Assembly (NCBI RefSeq): GCF_002113885.1
Contig: NW_018408761.1
Span: 997,580-1,061,579 of the forward strand
From: Mizuhopecten yessoensis
Lineage: Eukaryota
Length of the DNA stretch: 64,000 nucleotides
Direction of reading: 5' to 3'
Positions 23,110 to 35,760 of the stretch are shown here, piece after piece (positions within the stretch are counted from its first letter, which is position 1; each line of letters opens with the position of its first letter). Position numbers and translations under genes: made by a program. The notes beneath the pieces are model-generated. The model did not search any database. It was not told the DNA's origin and saw only the letters and a list, made by a program, of their open reading frames with translations.

Positions 23110-23387
23110 GTAAGTGACATGATCAGTCATTGGGAAAAACACCCATTGGACCTTAAGCTTGTCTACATGGGGAATTTTCATTTATCCTGAATGATTGCTG
23201 TCTCTATGTTTAAAAAACATTTTTTCAAGGGGTTAAATCTGGCAAACCTGCAAAGGTTTATGCAAGCATTGTCATGGCTCATCAAAAAACAAACTGGGTT
23301 TATATATCTATTTGATTAATAAAACTTCTGGTCCAACTGAACTATTTAGGATGCGAGAAACATGAACATCCAGCTCCTTACTCGACC

Positions 23388-23567
23388 AGGGCCGTTTTCG
23401 TTTAAACGGTTGAACTGGTCAGACCACAGTTGTTCGTTCATGAAATAAGGTCAGACCTAGTAATCTAATGCTGCTTAAAACATATGCAGGTCCGCCAGGA
23501 TCTATACCCGAAACTGTTGCATTTAAAAATGGACAAACAGGTTGTTCCACATAAACAAACAGGCCCC
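23388..23567. mobile_element. MITE (imperfect TIR GGGCCGTTTTCGTTTA... / ...TAAACAAACAGGCCCC)
   Basis: A related copy lies at 59577-59801. Shared core: ..TCATGAAATAAG(G)TCAGACCTAGTAATCT(A/G)ATGCTG.. and ..TTGTTCC(A/G)CATAAACAAACAGGCCC. Confidence 0.55.
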
Positions 23568-23720
23568 AGATGTCAAAATCCAGCTTGAACAGTTTGAAAG
23601 GAAATTTTATTGAGGCAGTCTTTAAATGTTTATATAATTTTTTGTAATGAGTGGTGTCGGAGTTATCTGTGATTTTTTGCCCTGGATAAACGATTTTAGA
23701 TTTTTGTGGCTTTTCAATAG

Positions 23721-23840
23721 GCTTGTATGCTGGCGTTCTACCCCGAGTTTGAGGCGGAGTTAGAGGAGGACCCCGAGATTGTATTCCTGCTGGACATGTC
23801 TAATTCCATGAAGGGTCAGTCAGCTCGAGATGCAAAAAAG
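23721..23840 (+). CDS. PARP4: PARP4-like exon 19 (VWA, MIDAS DxSxS)
   Basis: Acceptor GCTTTTCAATAG|. ACMLAFYPEFEAELEEDPEIVFLLDMSNSMKGQSARDAKK. Donor AAG|GTAGGT. Confidence 0.9.
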
Positions 23841-24158
23841 GTAGGTTACAAGGATAAGCAAGTTCAAGTAAGGTCATGATAGATTGAAAAGTTTGAAACC
23901 TAATTTTGATCAATTTAGAATGTCAGAACCAATGTCTTTAAATGATAAAAATTTTACATTGTACCTAAAGGTTAACATAAGGGGAAAACATTAAAACTGT
24001 TATCTGTTTTTAGGTGTATATTGGGTATGAAAAGTATTGTGATAAGGCAAACCATATTTAAATCTTTATTTAACTCATCTGTTTTAGCTGAATATAAGGT
24101 ATGAGATCAGGTATTGTGATAACAAACAATAGTATACAGGTGATTACTTAACCAACAG

Positions 24159-24299
24159 GTGTTCCTGTTAGCTGTTGAAAAGTTACCAGAGAAAGCCCTC
24201 ATCAATGTAGTCAGTTTTGGCACATCTTACTCGGAACTCTTTCCTTCACCTCAAAAGATGACAAAACAGACTTTACAGAAAGTTACAGAATTTGTACAG
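24159..24299 (+). CDS. PARP4: PARP4-like exon 20 (VWA)
   Basis: Acceptor TTAACCAACAG|. VFLLAVEKLPEKALINVVSFGTSYSELFPSPQKMTKQTLQKVTEFVQ. Donor CAG|GTAAGA. Confidence 0.85.
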
Positions 24300-25165
24300 G
24301 TAAGATTTTCACTTTGTATGATTTCTTGTTCAAGGCATTATCTTACAATGATTTCACATTTCAGAACAGAAAGGACTTACCCAGTGAAACATGCTCACTC
24401 ACGCTTAGTTTCGATCACTTCATTATAATGGATTTTTTTTATGCTCCTTGAATGATTTTTTCGGTAGAAAATATATAACCATCACTTATATGAGCATTAT
24501 TTACAATATATTACATCGGATGAAATGTATTAGAGAAAACCACCTTAATTGTAAGTATCTTTTCTGTGCTTCATTTTAAACCTGGTTTACTTTGTATATA
24601 ATATAGCCCAAAACAGCTGAAAAGTATGTAGATTTATGGTTTATAGTTACAGTGCAATTGTTTTACTTAGTTTACAACACAAACTTTACATCAACATTTT
24701 AAACAGAAATATGTTACAGCAAATATTTCAAAATTAAGGAAAATATCAAGGAATATCAAGGTGACAGATGGGTCCATTTTCAATATAATTTTGATTAATT
24801 TTATTCAGCATTTTGGTGGCTTTTTAATCTAGAAAGTTGGATTTTGAGTTTTTAAAGTGAATTCAGACAGATGATTCTAGTACTTCTGTAAGTTTGAATA
24901 AACCACAAATAAGTTGAAATGATAGTTAAATGGGGATACACATGTTACAAGTCTACAATGTATCTCTGCCTAGTTGTTTAACAATACTACATTACATTAA
25001 TATTTCCCAGTTTAGATTCCAGAGGAAATTCCAAAATCCCATCAATGTTTTACTCAAATATAACATGAAACTGAATTTTAACATTGTACAAAAGAAGAAC
25101 TATGCTGAAACAAAAACTTCTTCCTTATAACTGAGGAAGTGTACCAAATCGCTGCTCCTTTTGCA

Positions 25166-25340
25166 TTATAGATCTACACCTGGAAAGGTTGTGGAATTTC
25201 TGTTTTCATCTCCAATAATTATGTTCGTTGAACCAGTAGTGGATGATTCAACAGGTAATGTTGTTGGATCCATAGGGTTTGAATCCCGAAGTATTAAACC
25301 AGTTGTTGTTGAATGAGTAGTTGAATCAGTTGTTATACGC
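25166..25340 (-). CDS. Candidate nested gene, exon 3 (Ser/Thr-rich tail)
   Basis: Acceptor TTTAAACTCGACAG|. (R)RITTDSTTHSTTTGLILRDSNPMDPTTLPVESSTTGSTNIIIGDENRNSTTFPGVDL. Stop TAA at 25168-25166. 594+200+175 = 969 nt = 323 codons, so the model is frame-consistent. Confidence 0.35.
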
Positions 25341-25384
25341 CTGTCGAGTTTAAAAGTGAATAAATATTAGATTGGAATAATGCA

Positions 25385-26977
25385 TCCTACCAGGATTGGC
25401 CCTAAGCTACTTCAAGGTCATAGGAGTCAACTATGTCAAAAACTTCTAACGACTTTTTCTAAAAAAACGAGGCCAAAAATTGTACTATTTGGCAAGCAGC
25501 TTCTTGGGAAAGAGCCCAATAAAGTTTGCAAACAAATATTACTTTGATCCACTTTCAAGGTTGCAGGGATCAGACATGCCAAATATTCAAACAACTTCTT
25601 TTGAAAAACAAAAATAACCAAGAGTCATGATATTTGGGTATAGGCTTTCTGGGGTACATTCAGCCAAAGTTTGCTAAATAAAATTACTTTGACTTACTTT
25701 CAAGTTGAAAGGGTTCAAAAGAAGGCATAGAATCATGATATTTGGCCAGTAGCTTTCTGGGACAGAGCCATACAATGTGTGTGGGGGGAAAAAGTGGGCT
25801 TGACCTACTTTGAAGGTCCCCAGAGTCAGATATAAAATAACTAGAGTCATGGTATCTTGCTGGTTGCTTTCTAGGATGGAGCCCATCATCATTTCCATGT
25901 CAAGAGTTGACCTTGACATACTTTCAAGGTCACAGACGTCAAATATGTCAAGAAATTCAAATGACTTCTTTCAAAAGGCCTGGAATCATGACAATTTGAA
26001 TGATCCCAAGAATGTATAGGTTGAAAAAAGAAATGACTGACCTTTGACTATCCAGGTCACAAACATAAAATTGTGCTGAGTCATTTAGGGCAAATAAGGT
26101 GTAGATTAAGTACATTCACAATTTCATATTACTGGTATTGTTGAAATAAACCAATTAAATATTACAGACGTCCACTAATATCTTGCACACCAAATCACTT
26201 TACACATTGGACAAGTGAGGAATACAGGCACTTTTTACCACCTGTTAGATTTAGGTCAATTATTACATCACCTTCATTATTTTCATTCTTGACTACCAAA
26301 AGGCCTAGGGTGATGATATTTGGCCAGTAGCATGCTGGAATAAAGGACTGGCAAGTTGTTCAAATGAATGACCCTGACCAATAGTCAAGGTCACAGGAGT
26401 CAAATTTATTGAAAAAATTCAAACAACTTCTTCTGAATAACCAAGAAGCATAGGGAGGTTATATTTGGCCAATAACATGCTGAGATGAAAGGTTATCAAG
26501 TTGAAGAGAATGAACTTCAACCGTATTCAAGGTCACAGGGTTCAAATTTGTTAAAAACTTCAAACAACTTCTTCTGAATAACCAAATGACATAGGGTAAT
26601 GTTATTTAGCCAGTAATATACTGCAATGCATGGTTATCAAATTTGTTCGAATGAATGACTTTGACCTATTTTCAAGGACACAGGGGTCAAATTTGTTTAT
26701 ATGATGTGTTAAAAGTGAATAAATAACTAGACTAACCATCTTTAGTTCAGATCAATAAAATATGTTCAAATCTTCCAACAAAGATTCACAAAGATACATA
26801 AGGTGTAGAGTAATAAAATGTTTTGAGGAAGACCCAAAAAAGTGTATAGCCTGTTTTAACAGCTAAATGAGTTTCTGATACTCCCTTTGATAAACATGTA
26901 TCGTATCCAAAAGGTTGAAAAATTAAAAAAAATAAAATTTAGGTGAGCTAGCTATCAAGGCCCCTGGGCAGTTTGTT
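25385..26977 (+). mobile_element. Degenerate family A-type element (diverged approximately 120-bp 'TTCAAGGTCACAGG.GTCAAAT' units)
   Basis: Diverged copies of the 20571-21494 unit run throughout. Tail-like TTAGGTGAGCTAGCTATCAAGGCCCCTGGGCAGTTTGTT ends about 26977. The 5' boundary is approximate. Confidence 0.5.
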
Positions 26978-27391
26978 GACTATGTTCTGCATTAAGGTTC
27001 ATGCAACTTTACATATTTATGTGCTTTTATCAGAAGAAAATGTCCCACAATATTTTTAAATCCTTGACTATGACCTTGACCTCTATGAAATTGCTTTGGG
27101 TCTTAAGTGTGGGAAGTGGACATCCCTGTCTAACAGACACATTTCTAGTTGAACCTGAAAAGAAGTTTCAGTCGTTCAATTGATGACAACCACGAATATG
27201 GGATTTACTCTGAAAAAGGCCTGTATTCTTTGTGTAAGATTAGAAAACAATGTTAGTATATAACAAAAATTCAAGTTATCTGACAGACACATGGTTTAAG
27301 CTGATTTAAGGCTAAGGGGCCAAGCAAATTATATCTCTACACTGAAAAACTTATTTAAAAAACAAAAACGCTAAGATGCAATAAAACTGAC

Positions 27392-27591
27392 CTTGAAATA
27401 GTTGATGGAGAACTTGGGTGTACTGGTGGTGTTAAGGGTTGTGTTACAGTACTCATCTGGTACATCCTGTAGTTGTAGTGTACATCTCCTAGTTGGACAC
27501 GGTTGCTGCCAGCCTGGTACACAAACTTAAACACTACCGCTGTGGTGGCAGCGGTGGGATGTGATAGGTCAGCACTGCATGTGGTGCCAAT
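27392..27591 (-). CDS. Candidate nested gene, exon 2
   Basis: Acceptor ATACCACTACAG|. IGTTCSADLSHPTAATTAVVFKFVYQAGSNRVQLGDVHYNYRMYQMSTVTQPLTPPVHPSSPSTIS. Donor CAAG|GTCAGT, phase 2. Confidence 0.4.
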
Positions 27592-27865
27592 CTGTAGTGG
27601 TATCACATCAGTGGAATAGCATGTCGATGTGAGATTTGTCCACGAGATGATGTCTGTTGTTGTTTAAATCCAAACTGTTTGTTTGGCCTCTTGTCAAATT
27701 TTAAAATGGTAACACTAGTTTTTGACTGACTAGTAGTAAGTTTTGACAAATCAGCCAGTTTGAGCAACTCAGTTGTTTCCATTGTTGCAACGTCCTCTTG
27801 ATTGGGATAAAAGTTCATATAAATCCCTGCCTCACTTAGATGGCTTTCCATGATGTACTTCTCAC

Positions 27866-28459
27866 GGTTGAATTTATCTGGACTCGAGAATTGTATAACA
27901 TTCTTTGAGTCAATAACACTAACACAAGAATAGAACCACTTAACATAATTGTTAGTCCAAGGATCTTGGTAAATAGCAGACATTTTGTGTCAGTTTTTCT
28001 CTTGTTTTTTGATAGTTTCGTGTTCTGCAAATCCTTTTTCGAAAATGTGACACTGATTATGGTCAAGACCTCTAACATCACTGCTATGGCCTTAACCATT
28101 TGTAAAATACTGACTGCCACCTTGCAACATCCTGCAATGTAGACATTAAGGAATATCAATGGAACATTTTCCCATACCAAAATCACATTTGCTCCGTCCA
28201 ATAGCCATGAGGGGAGGTGACTCTCATCCTTCACATCCATAATTATAACAATCACCTCTGTTATGTAAGTCATGGTTCCTATAACAGAGAAGGCAAGAAG
28301 TGATGACATCACACTACATGTACTAGGAAATGGTTCAAATACAAGGCCTTGTTCCAGGCCACTGACCTCATAATAAAACAGCCAATCACAAATTAGGTCA
28401 AAGGTCAACGCCAGAGATGAGATGATGAGAATCAAAATTTTGTTTGTGCGGGAATCCAT
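27866..28459 (-). CDS. Candidate nested antisense gene in PARP4 intron 20, exon 1: multi-pass membrane protein
   Basis: ATG at 28459. MDSRTNKILILIISSLALTFDLICDWLFYYEV...ILGLTIMLSGSILVLVLLTQRMLYNSRVQINST. Five hydrophobic 18-23 aa segments. Donor ACC|GTGAGA, phase 0 (the raw ORF runs on to a stop at 27836). Confidence 0.5.
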
Positions 28460-31334
28460 CTCTGTAGGAAATTCTTGATTTGTTTTGTCTCAACTGGTTA
28501 GTAAATCAAGTACGCTAGTGATGTCTGAAGTATATGTTATAAAATGACACCTCTTTTAGAGCCTATCACTTTTGGCCTCAACCCTTTTCCTATAATAACA
28601 AATGATGATAAATAGAAATACTTGGCGAAATAAAATTAGAGGTTATATATTTTGACAAAAATGATGTTACAAAATTTACTTGGTAAAGTTACCATTCTTG
28701 ATGCAAATCTATGAAGAAAATTGTTATCATTAAACATGTTTACCTATCAGCATTTTCCTGTAATTGTGTTTTTCAGCAAGAATGTTGGAATTTGAAAAAA
28801 TTCAAAAATGATGATATTGACTCTTAAATCAAATCTGGAAGACAAACATATTTTTCATTACACATGAATCGCATGTTGCTTATCGCTTACCTTTTGTAAC
28901 TTTAATAACAAATTTACCTGTATGCACATAGTGGTTTTCCTCGTCTTGAATGTTTATAATCAAGCTGTTTATCCTAGAGGACTTTGAGAAGAAAATGAAG
29001 CCCGCAATATCTTTCTACAACCATGGCTACAAATCTGTCTATTACTGAGATGTAGTAGATGGATTCTCAACAGTTATCTATTATATGAAGATGAGACTAA
29101 GACTGGTTAGTCCTAAGTGTATTTATTCTGTGTTGGGTGGCCCATGTTAAAAGTGATTATTACAGACATGTATTGTAAGTTTGTCTTGTCTTCTTTAAAT
29201 CATTATTGATCCATATGCATATATTTTGGTAATATTTTCTTAATTTAAAAATGATTGTTTACCGTATTCAGACTTCATGTTTGAGTTATGTTAATTTGAC
29301 CCTCCTGTACGGAACTGCAACTGTAGTTCTGGTAATATAACACTTCAGTGATTATTTAATTAAATATATATAAAAACAGATATTTAGCTTTTGACCTTGT
29401 TAACATTATCAATTTAAATTATAGGTTGTTTTTATATAATATGCAGCAATTTTTATGATTATGTGTGACAATATCCTTAATTTGGTAAACTCGTGACGAT
29501 ACAGAAATTGGCTTGTTCTCAGGGTTCACTGTTGGTGCTGTATGGTCTTTTTGTGAACATTGTTTACATTTGTATGAATTAAACATACACATCTCTGTAA
29601 AATTGTTTAGAAGTTTAAAAGTCCACCAGTATTTGTCCGTCCTGTTAACATACACATTTTGTGCTTGTCAGTTAATGTTATTTGTGACAGCTTTTCAACT
29701 GGATTTCTAAACAGTGATATAAGATATCTCTGTAGCTGTGGCTAAATCATCGGAGCAATGTAACGCTCTTTTTTCATTAAAACTGTGTTTAGGAAATAAT
29801 TTTTATGAACAAATTGAGGCAGCATAAGAGGGTTTTACGGTAATTCAACGTAAAGTTTGAAAATATTTATTCAATAAAAGAAAGGTTTTTTCTTATCAAA
29901 AAATTGTATAATTTTGATTTGTTAAATATACTTAAGTATTTGATAAAATATTAAATACTACTTCACTGTCTAAACCAGGCGGTTCAAATATAGATTTTTA
30001 TTTTGTCTAAAATAAGAATTTGGTTCCAGCAATGAAAATCTATTATACCGTTAAACAATTAGACTATCTACCATCCAGAACATGCAGGAAATCGGCTATC
30101 ATTGCTTGGTCCTAGCTAGGAGTGTTTGTCCACACTTATAGTTTTTGGTGATTATTTCAGAATCCAGAAGTCCAAAACTTATGAAATTTTATATGGTGAT
30201 TTACTGTTATATGCACATATGCAATGGTAGTTATAAAAGTTCATAAGGTCAAAGTCAATATGCACATGCATGTGCAATGGGAGTTTAAAAAGAGCGTAAG
30301 GTCAGTCACTATTGCTAAAACTTCATTGCCTGTGTGACCTGTCAGTGTTGCATTTTTAATTGTTGGTTATGCTTCATTTATACATTGTAGCACCATATAA
30401 CCTTGAACCCGTAATCCAAGATTGCAACAAGTCAAGGTCAAGGTCACTGATACTAATAATAAAACAGGAGTGATTTACTGTTAAAACTACATTTTATGAC
30501 TTGGTCAGTGTTTGTTATGATTGCAAATGTTACTTGGCAGATATCCTGTACATCTATAATGCCATATTTCCTTAATCCTGAAATCTAAGATGGCCGACAT
30601 CTATTGCTTCTGACTGGCTGAGACATAACTTTTGTTTTGTTAATACAATTTTGTTCATATGTCATGGAAAATGATGCTTATAAGGGACAGTCCATATGGT
30701 GAATATGAACATATTGTCCGATACCCATGAAACAAGTTGGCTGACATAGTTTCTCATTGGCTGGGGTTTCAACTTTGAAGTCATATTACCTAGTCTGTAA
30801 CTTTTTATTACAATGTTCCAAATTCCTAGTGATCACTGCATAAGACTTTTTCTTCGCAATTTTGCATTCTAGATAAACTGTCAGGATGGGGCCATTATTT
30901 GCTGACCTATATCTGAGTTCTATGTAATTGGTTCCTGATTTAAATACCTACTAAATTGTGTTCACATTGCATAAATCGCATTGTATATACTGCATTACCC
31001 CAAAATAATTTTGATTTTTCCTTATACATAATGTAATTGCATTAAAAAAGCCAAACAACACTTTCAAGGGCATAGTTAATGAATATTTATTCAAAAATAA
31101 TTTTGCACATAACACAGCATTAATGATTATGCTGTAACTTAATTCATCATCAAGCATCCATTCAGAATTTAAAATTAAAAATACTGCGACAAACATTGTG
31201 GTATAATTCACACCTGGGAAAATCATTGCAACAGTAAATATCACATGAAAGAAATGGGATGTTTAAATTTTGAATTGATGTGATTATTGAATAACGTCAA
31301 ATATACTGATTATAATGTTATAATGATATTTCAG

Positions 31335-31522
31335 GCTGTGCAGCCACATTTGGGAGGAAGCAATGTTGATTACCCAGTAGAGTCCTTGTTCCTTCTCAGT
31401 CCAGCAGAGGGCAGCAGGAGTGTCTTCCTCATCTCAGATGGTTACCTTAGCAACAGTGATGTGTTGCTGTCAACAATCAGGAAAGGAAATGCTAAAAATA
31501 GAGTCTTCACCATTGGTGTTGG
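31335..31522 (+). CDS. PARP4: PARP4-like exon 21 (VWA)
   Basis: Acceptor TGATATTTCAG|. AVQPHLGGSNVDYPVESLFLLSPAEGSRSVFLISDGYLSNSDVLLSTIRKGNAKNRVFTIGV(G). Donor TGG|GTAAAT, phase 2. Confidence 0.9.
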
Positions 31523-32388
31523 GTAAATATGGTATATGTAATGATTATTTTGTAAATTAAGATTTTATATGAAAAAGATAAGTTAAGTTTGATCGGTGCG
31601 TTTCATTTATGTTGAATTTCTACTAACCAGTTGGTATTATTCATGGAAGATTGAATTTTGCTATTTTCAAGGCCATTCAAAATTATGAAAATTTAACATC
31701 TAGCCAATATTTAATATTGCTGTCAATTATAACTGCTGTGACTATAAACAGGCCCACATAGAGTGTATAGACATGCTTATAATTACTGCTAAAAAAACAG
31801 GTGACCAAACTTCAACCAGCTGACCATGTTGTGGTGTTGTCGATGTCAGTTTGTTTTCAAACCTTTCCCAAGCAAGGTTGTTATTAAACAATTAGTAAAA
31901 ACAAATGTGATTTACACGCTTTTATTGAAAAGTAAATAAACCTCACCTGTAAATTGGACATGTCCATGACTTGAGGGTTGTGCGGTACTAATCTAACTTG
32001 CCTACAGTATTATAAATCAATTTTACCTAGTTTCAGAGAATTAGATGGGATTGCTATCTAAGTCTGTGCTAGTACCTATACCAAAGTAGCCAGTGACACT
32101 GAAGTTTTGACTTGCTGGTGTTTCAAAAATTTTCATCCCTGTGAAATAGTTCCAATCAAGATAGCTGCATAACATGAGCCCTTTAAAATTAGATTTGAAA
32201 TTAAACAACTATACAGTATGTAAATGGATGTGCAAGTGTTTCACAGGATAGAGGCAGGACGTATGATGTTGAGGTGTAGGCTATTGATTATCAATTGGAA
32301 TTGAAGCATGATGGGTTTTTTCAAAATGTATATAAAGGTATTTATGTGTAAAGTAAGTAATATTTTGAACTTTGATGTTTTTATGAAG

Positions 32389-32488
32389 ACAAAACGTGAA
32401 CCACCACCTGATGCGGAGCCTGGCGTCACGAGGAGGCGGTACCTATTACCATTACAACTATAAGACACGCTCCGTTTGGGAGGCCAGG
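32389..32488 (+). CDS. PARP4: PARP4-like exon 22 (VWA end)
   Basis: Acceptor GTTTTTATGAAG|. (G)QNVNHHLMRSLASRGGGTYYHYNYKTRSVWEAR (compare vertebrate STANRHVLRILSQCGAGVFEYFNAKSKHSWRKQ). Donor AGG|GTGAGT. Confidence 0.85.
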
Positions 32489-33507
32489 GTGAGTGATCCA
32501 GTCTCATCACCTTGTTGTATGAGGCTTTGTTATTGTTGGTTGTAAGCAAGGGAGAAACTCTCAGCATCATCCTGAGAAAATAATCTGACCCAAGCATCTG
32601 CACTAACAAATCTCATATGAAGGATTGTAATTTTAACACAGTACTGGGTCTCTTCTAAAGTGGTGGACGTTTTTTTGTTTCAAACATTACTATACTGTAG
32701 ACCTTGGTTTGAACTCTCATACTAGTAGAATGACTCAGGCATTTATATTCACAAAGTTCACTACAAAGCAAACAGTCATTTAAGTCAGAATGAACAAAAA
32801 ATATAACACTGAGTTCCTTGTTAAATTTCTTTTTGCAAATAATGTTAACGAGCTTTCCTTTAGCATAGGAAAGGGGGTGAGTCTAAATTACAGGTAACAA
32901 ACTTAGTGGTTAAACTATATCATAGTGATCTCAATGTCTTTACTCTAATATACAATTTCGCAACTTTCGTGTTGAGCGATAAACTTCATGTTTTTCCTGC
33001 CATATAATTTCACTGAACCTATTGGAACAGAAGATAATGCCCAAATTCTTCAAGAATTTCTTGAAGTCTCTCAAAAAACAGGGACATAATTCAAATCAGA
33101 GCTTAGTCAATGATTAAAGCTTAATAGGGTAGAAACATGCAGACTAGATCACAAATTAAAAACAAATTTTGCTACTGAAATCATCACATTACATATTGGA
33201 ATACTGGTAGAAGTGGTTCAGTATGATTTACAGAAACAATTATACATATAGATTTGAAATATAGCATTACAAAGAGACAATCTACAGGAAATACGTGTTT
33301 AAAGCTGTCAATCAATATCCATTCCCTTAGTTAACTCATTCACCCCTGATTTCATAATGAATTATTCCAAACTTTGAATTGGAAGAGTTCAAATGTGTCT
33401 TCAGGGGTAATTGAGTTAAATATGATCTCTGAAAATTTCATCTTTAAGAGATATTTAAGAGGTAGTCTTGTACTTCTATGTCACTTTTATGTTTTAATAC
33501 TCTCCAG

Positions 33508-33678
33508 ATGAACACTCAAGTTCAGAAGGCATGCCGTCCAGGTATTTCTGGTGTTAAAGTGGAGTGGCAGCAAAACATGGACACGACCAACAGACCTCTT
33601 CAGGCCCCTAATCACATCCCAAGTTTGTTTTCTGGGTCACGACAGGTCGTGTATGGCTTTGTACCTAACTGTACACAG
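33508..33678 (+). CDS. PARP4: PARP4-like exon 23
   Basis: Acceptor ATACTCTCCAG|. MNTQVQKACRPGISGVKVEWQQNMDTTNRPLQAPNHIPSLFSGSRQVVYGFVPNCTQ (compare vertebrate ..VSVKWQQ...LQAPAQVPSLF...LLVYGFIPHCTQ). Donor CAG|GTGAGA. Confidence 0.9.
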
Positions 33679-35760
33679 GTGAGAATTTTTATTACACTGA
33701 TGTGCTGGTAAGCAGGGGTTCAACTAGTTATATCTTTGTATGGCTTTGTACCTAACTGCACACAGGTGAGAATTTTTATTACACTGATGTGCTGGTAAGC
33801 AGGGGTTCAACTACTCCCCTCGGTAGGGACAAGTTATATCTTTGTATGGCTTTGTACCTAGCTGTACACAGGTGAGACTTTGTATTACACTGATGTACTG
33901 GTAAGCAGGGGTTCAACTACTCACCTCGTTAGGGACAAGTTATATCTTATCTTTGTATGGCTTTGTACCTAACTGTACACAGGCGAGAATTTTTATTACG
34001 AGGATGTGCTGGTAAGCAGGGGTTCAACTACTCGCCTCGTTAGGGACAAGTTATATCTTTGTATGGCTTTGTACCTGAATTTAGGCAGGGGAGGCTTTGT
34101 ATTACACTGATGTGCTGGTAAGCAGGGGCTCAACTACTCACCTCGGTAGGGACAAGTTATATCTTCATATGGCTTTGTACCTAACTGTACACAGGTGAGA
34201 ATTTTTATTACGAGGATGTGCTGGTAAGCAGGGTTTCAACTACTCACCTCGGTAGGGACAAGTTATATCTATGTATGGCTTTGTACCTAACTGTACACAG
34301 GTGAGACTTTTTATTACGAGGATGTGCTGGTAAGCAGGGGTTCAACTACTCCCCTCGGTAGGGACAAGTTATATCTTTGTATGGCTTTGTACCTGAATTT
34401 AGGCAGGGGAGGCTTTGTATTACACTGATGTGCTGGTAAGCAGGGGTTCAACTACTTATTTCTGGTGTTAAAGTGGAGTGGCAGCAAAACATGGACACGA
34501 CCAACAGACCTCTTCAGGCCCCAAATCACATCCCAAGTTTGTTTTCTGGGTCACGACAGGTCGTGTATGGCTTTGTACCTAACTGTACACAAGTGAGAAT
34601 TTTTATTACGAGGATGTGCTGGTAAGCAGGGTTTCAACTACTCACCTCGGTAGGGACAAGTTATATCTTCATATGGCTTTGTACCTAACTGTACACAGGT
34701 GAGAATTTTTATTACACTGATGTGCTGGTAAGCAGGGGTTCAACTACTCCCCTCGGTAGGGACAAGTTATATCTTTGTATGGCTTTGTGCCTAACTGTAC
34801 ACAGGTGAGACTTTGTATTACACTAATGTGCTGGTAAGCAGGGGTTCAACTACTCACATCGGTAGGGACAAGTTATATCACGCTTTATATCTAGATAAAA
34901 TAAAACGAGTTCATTACAAAGATGACCGGACAAAAAATGATGTATTCAATATCAATATCAATATTGATATATCTTTGTATGGCTTTGTACCTAACTGTAC
35001 ACAGGTAAGACTTTGTATTACACTGATGTACTGGTAAGCAGGGGTTCAACTACTTACCTCGTTAGGGACAAGTTATATCTTTGTATGGCTTTGTACCTAA
35101 CTGTGCACAGGTGAGACTTTGTATTACACTGATGTGCTGGTAAGCAGGGATTCAACTAGTTATATCTTTGTATGGCTTTGTACCTAACTGTACACTGGTG
35201 AGACTTTGTATTACGAGGATGTGCTGGTAAGCCGGGGTTCAACTACTCACCTCGGTAGGGACAAGTTATATCTATGTATGGCTTTGTACCTAACTGTACA
35301 CAGGTGACACTTTGTATTACGAGGATGTGCTGGTAAGCAGGGGTTCAACTACTCCCCTCGGTAGGGACAAGTTATATCTTTGTATGGCTTTGTACCTAAC
35401 TGCACACAGGTGAGAATTTTTATTACACTGATGTGCTGGTAAGCAGGGGTTCAACTAGTTATATCTTTGTATGGCTTTGTACCTAACTGCACACAGGTGA
35501 GAATTTTTATTACACTGATGTGCTGGTAAGCAGGGGTTCAACTAGTTATATCTTTGTATGGCTTTGTACCTAACTGCACACAGGTGAGAATTTTTATTAC
35601 ACTGATGTGCTGGTAAGCAGGGGTTCAACTAGTTATATCTTTGTATGGCTTTGTACCTAACTGTGCACAGGTGAGACTTTGTATTACACTGATGTGCTGG
35701 TAAGCAGGGGTTCAACTACTCACATCGGTAGGGACAAGTTATATCACGCTTTATATCTAG
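33543..35760 (+). repeat. Minisatellite (about 86-110 bp unit, about 19 copies) seeded from the last codons plus 5' splice site of exon 23; includes a 136-nt second copy of the exon 3' part at 34457-34592
   Basis: Each unit starts with TATGGCTTTGTACCTAACTGTACACAG|GTGAGA (YGFVPNCTQ plus donor). It continues with ATTTTTATTACACTGATGTGCTGGTAAGCAGGGGTTCAACTAC(TCACCTCGGTAGGGACAA)GTTATATCTTTG. Confidence 0.9.

Noticed and set aside
27603-27983. 126-codon - strand ORF (MSAIYQDPWTNNYVKWFYSCVSVIDSKNV...) overlapping the end of the 5-TM ORF in another frame
   Set aside because: It was not used in the nested-gene model because a canonical GT-AG intron (27865-27592) joins the flanking frames cleanly. I cannot exclude that it is real coding sequence of a frameshifted or pseudogenised intronless copy. 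This is flagged in the nested-gene finding.
33543-35760. Regularly spaced direct repeats that superficially resemble a repeat-spacer array
   Set aside because: This is a eukaryotic intron. The units are contiguous 86-110-bp tandem copies of exon-junction sequence with no unique spacers, so it is not CRISPR.
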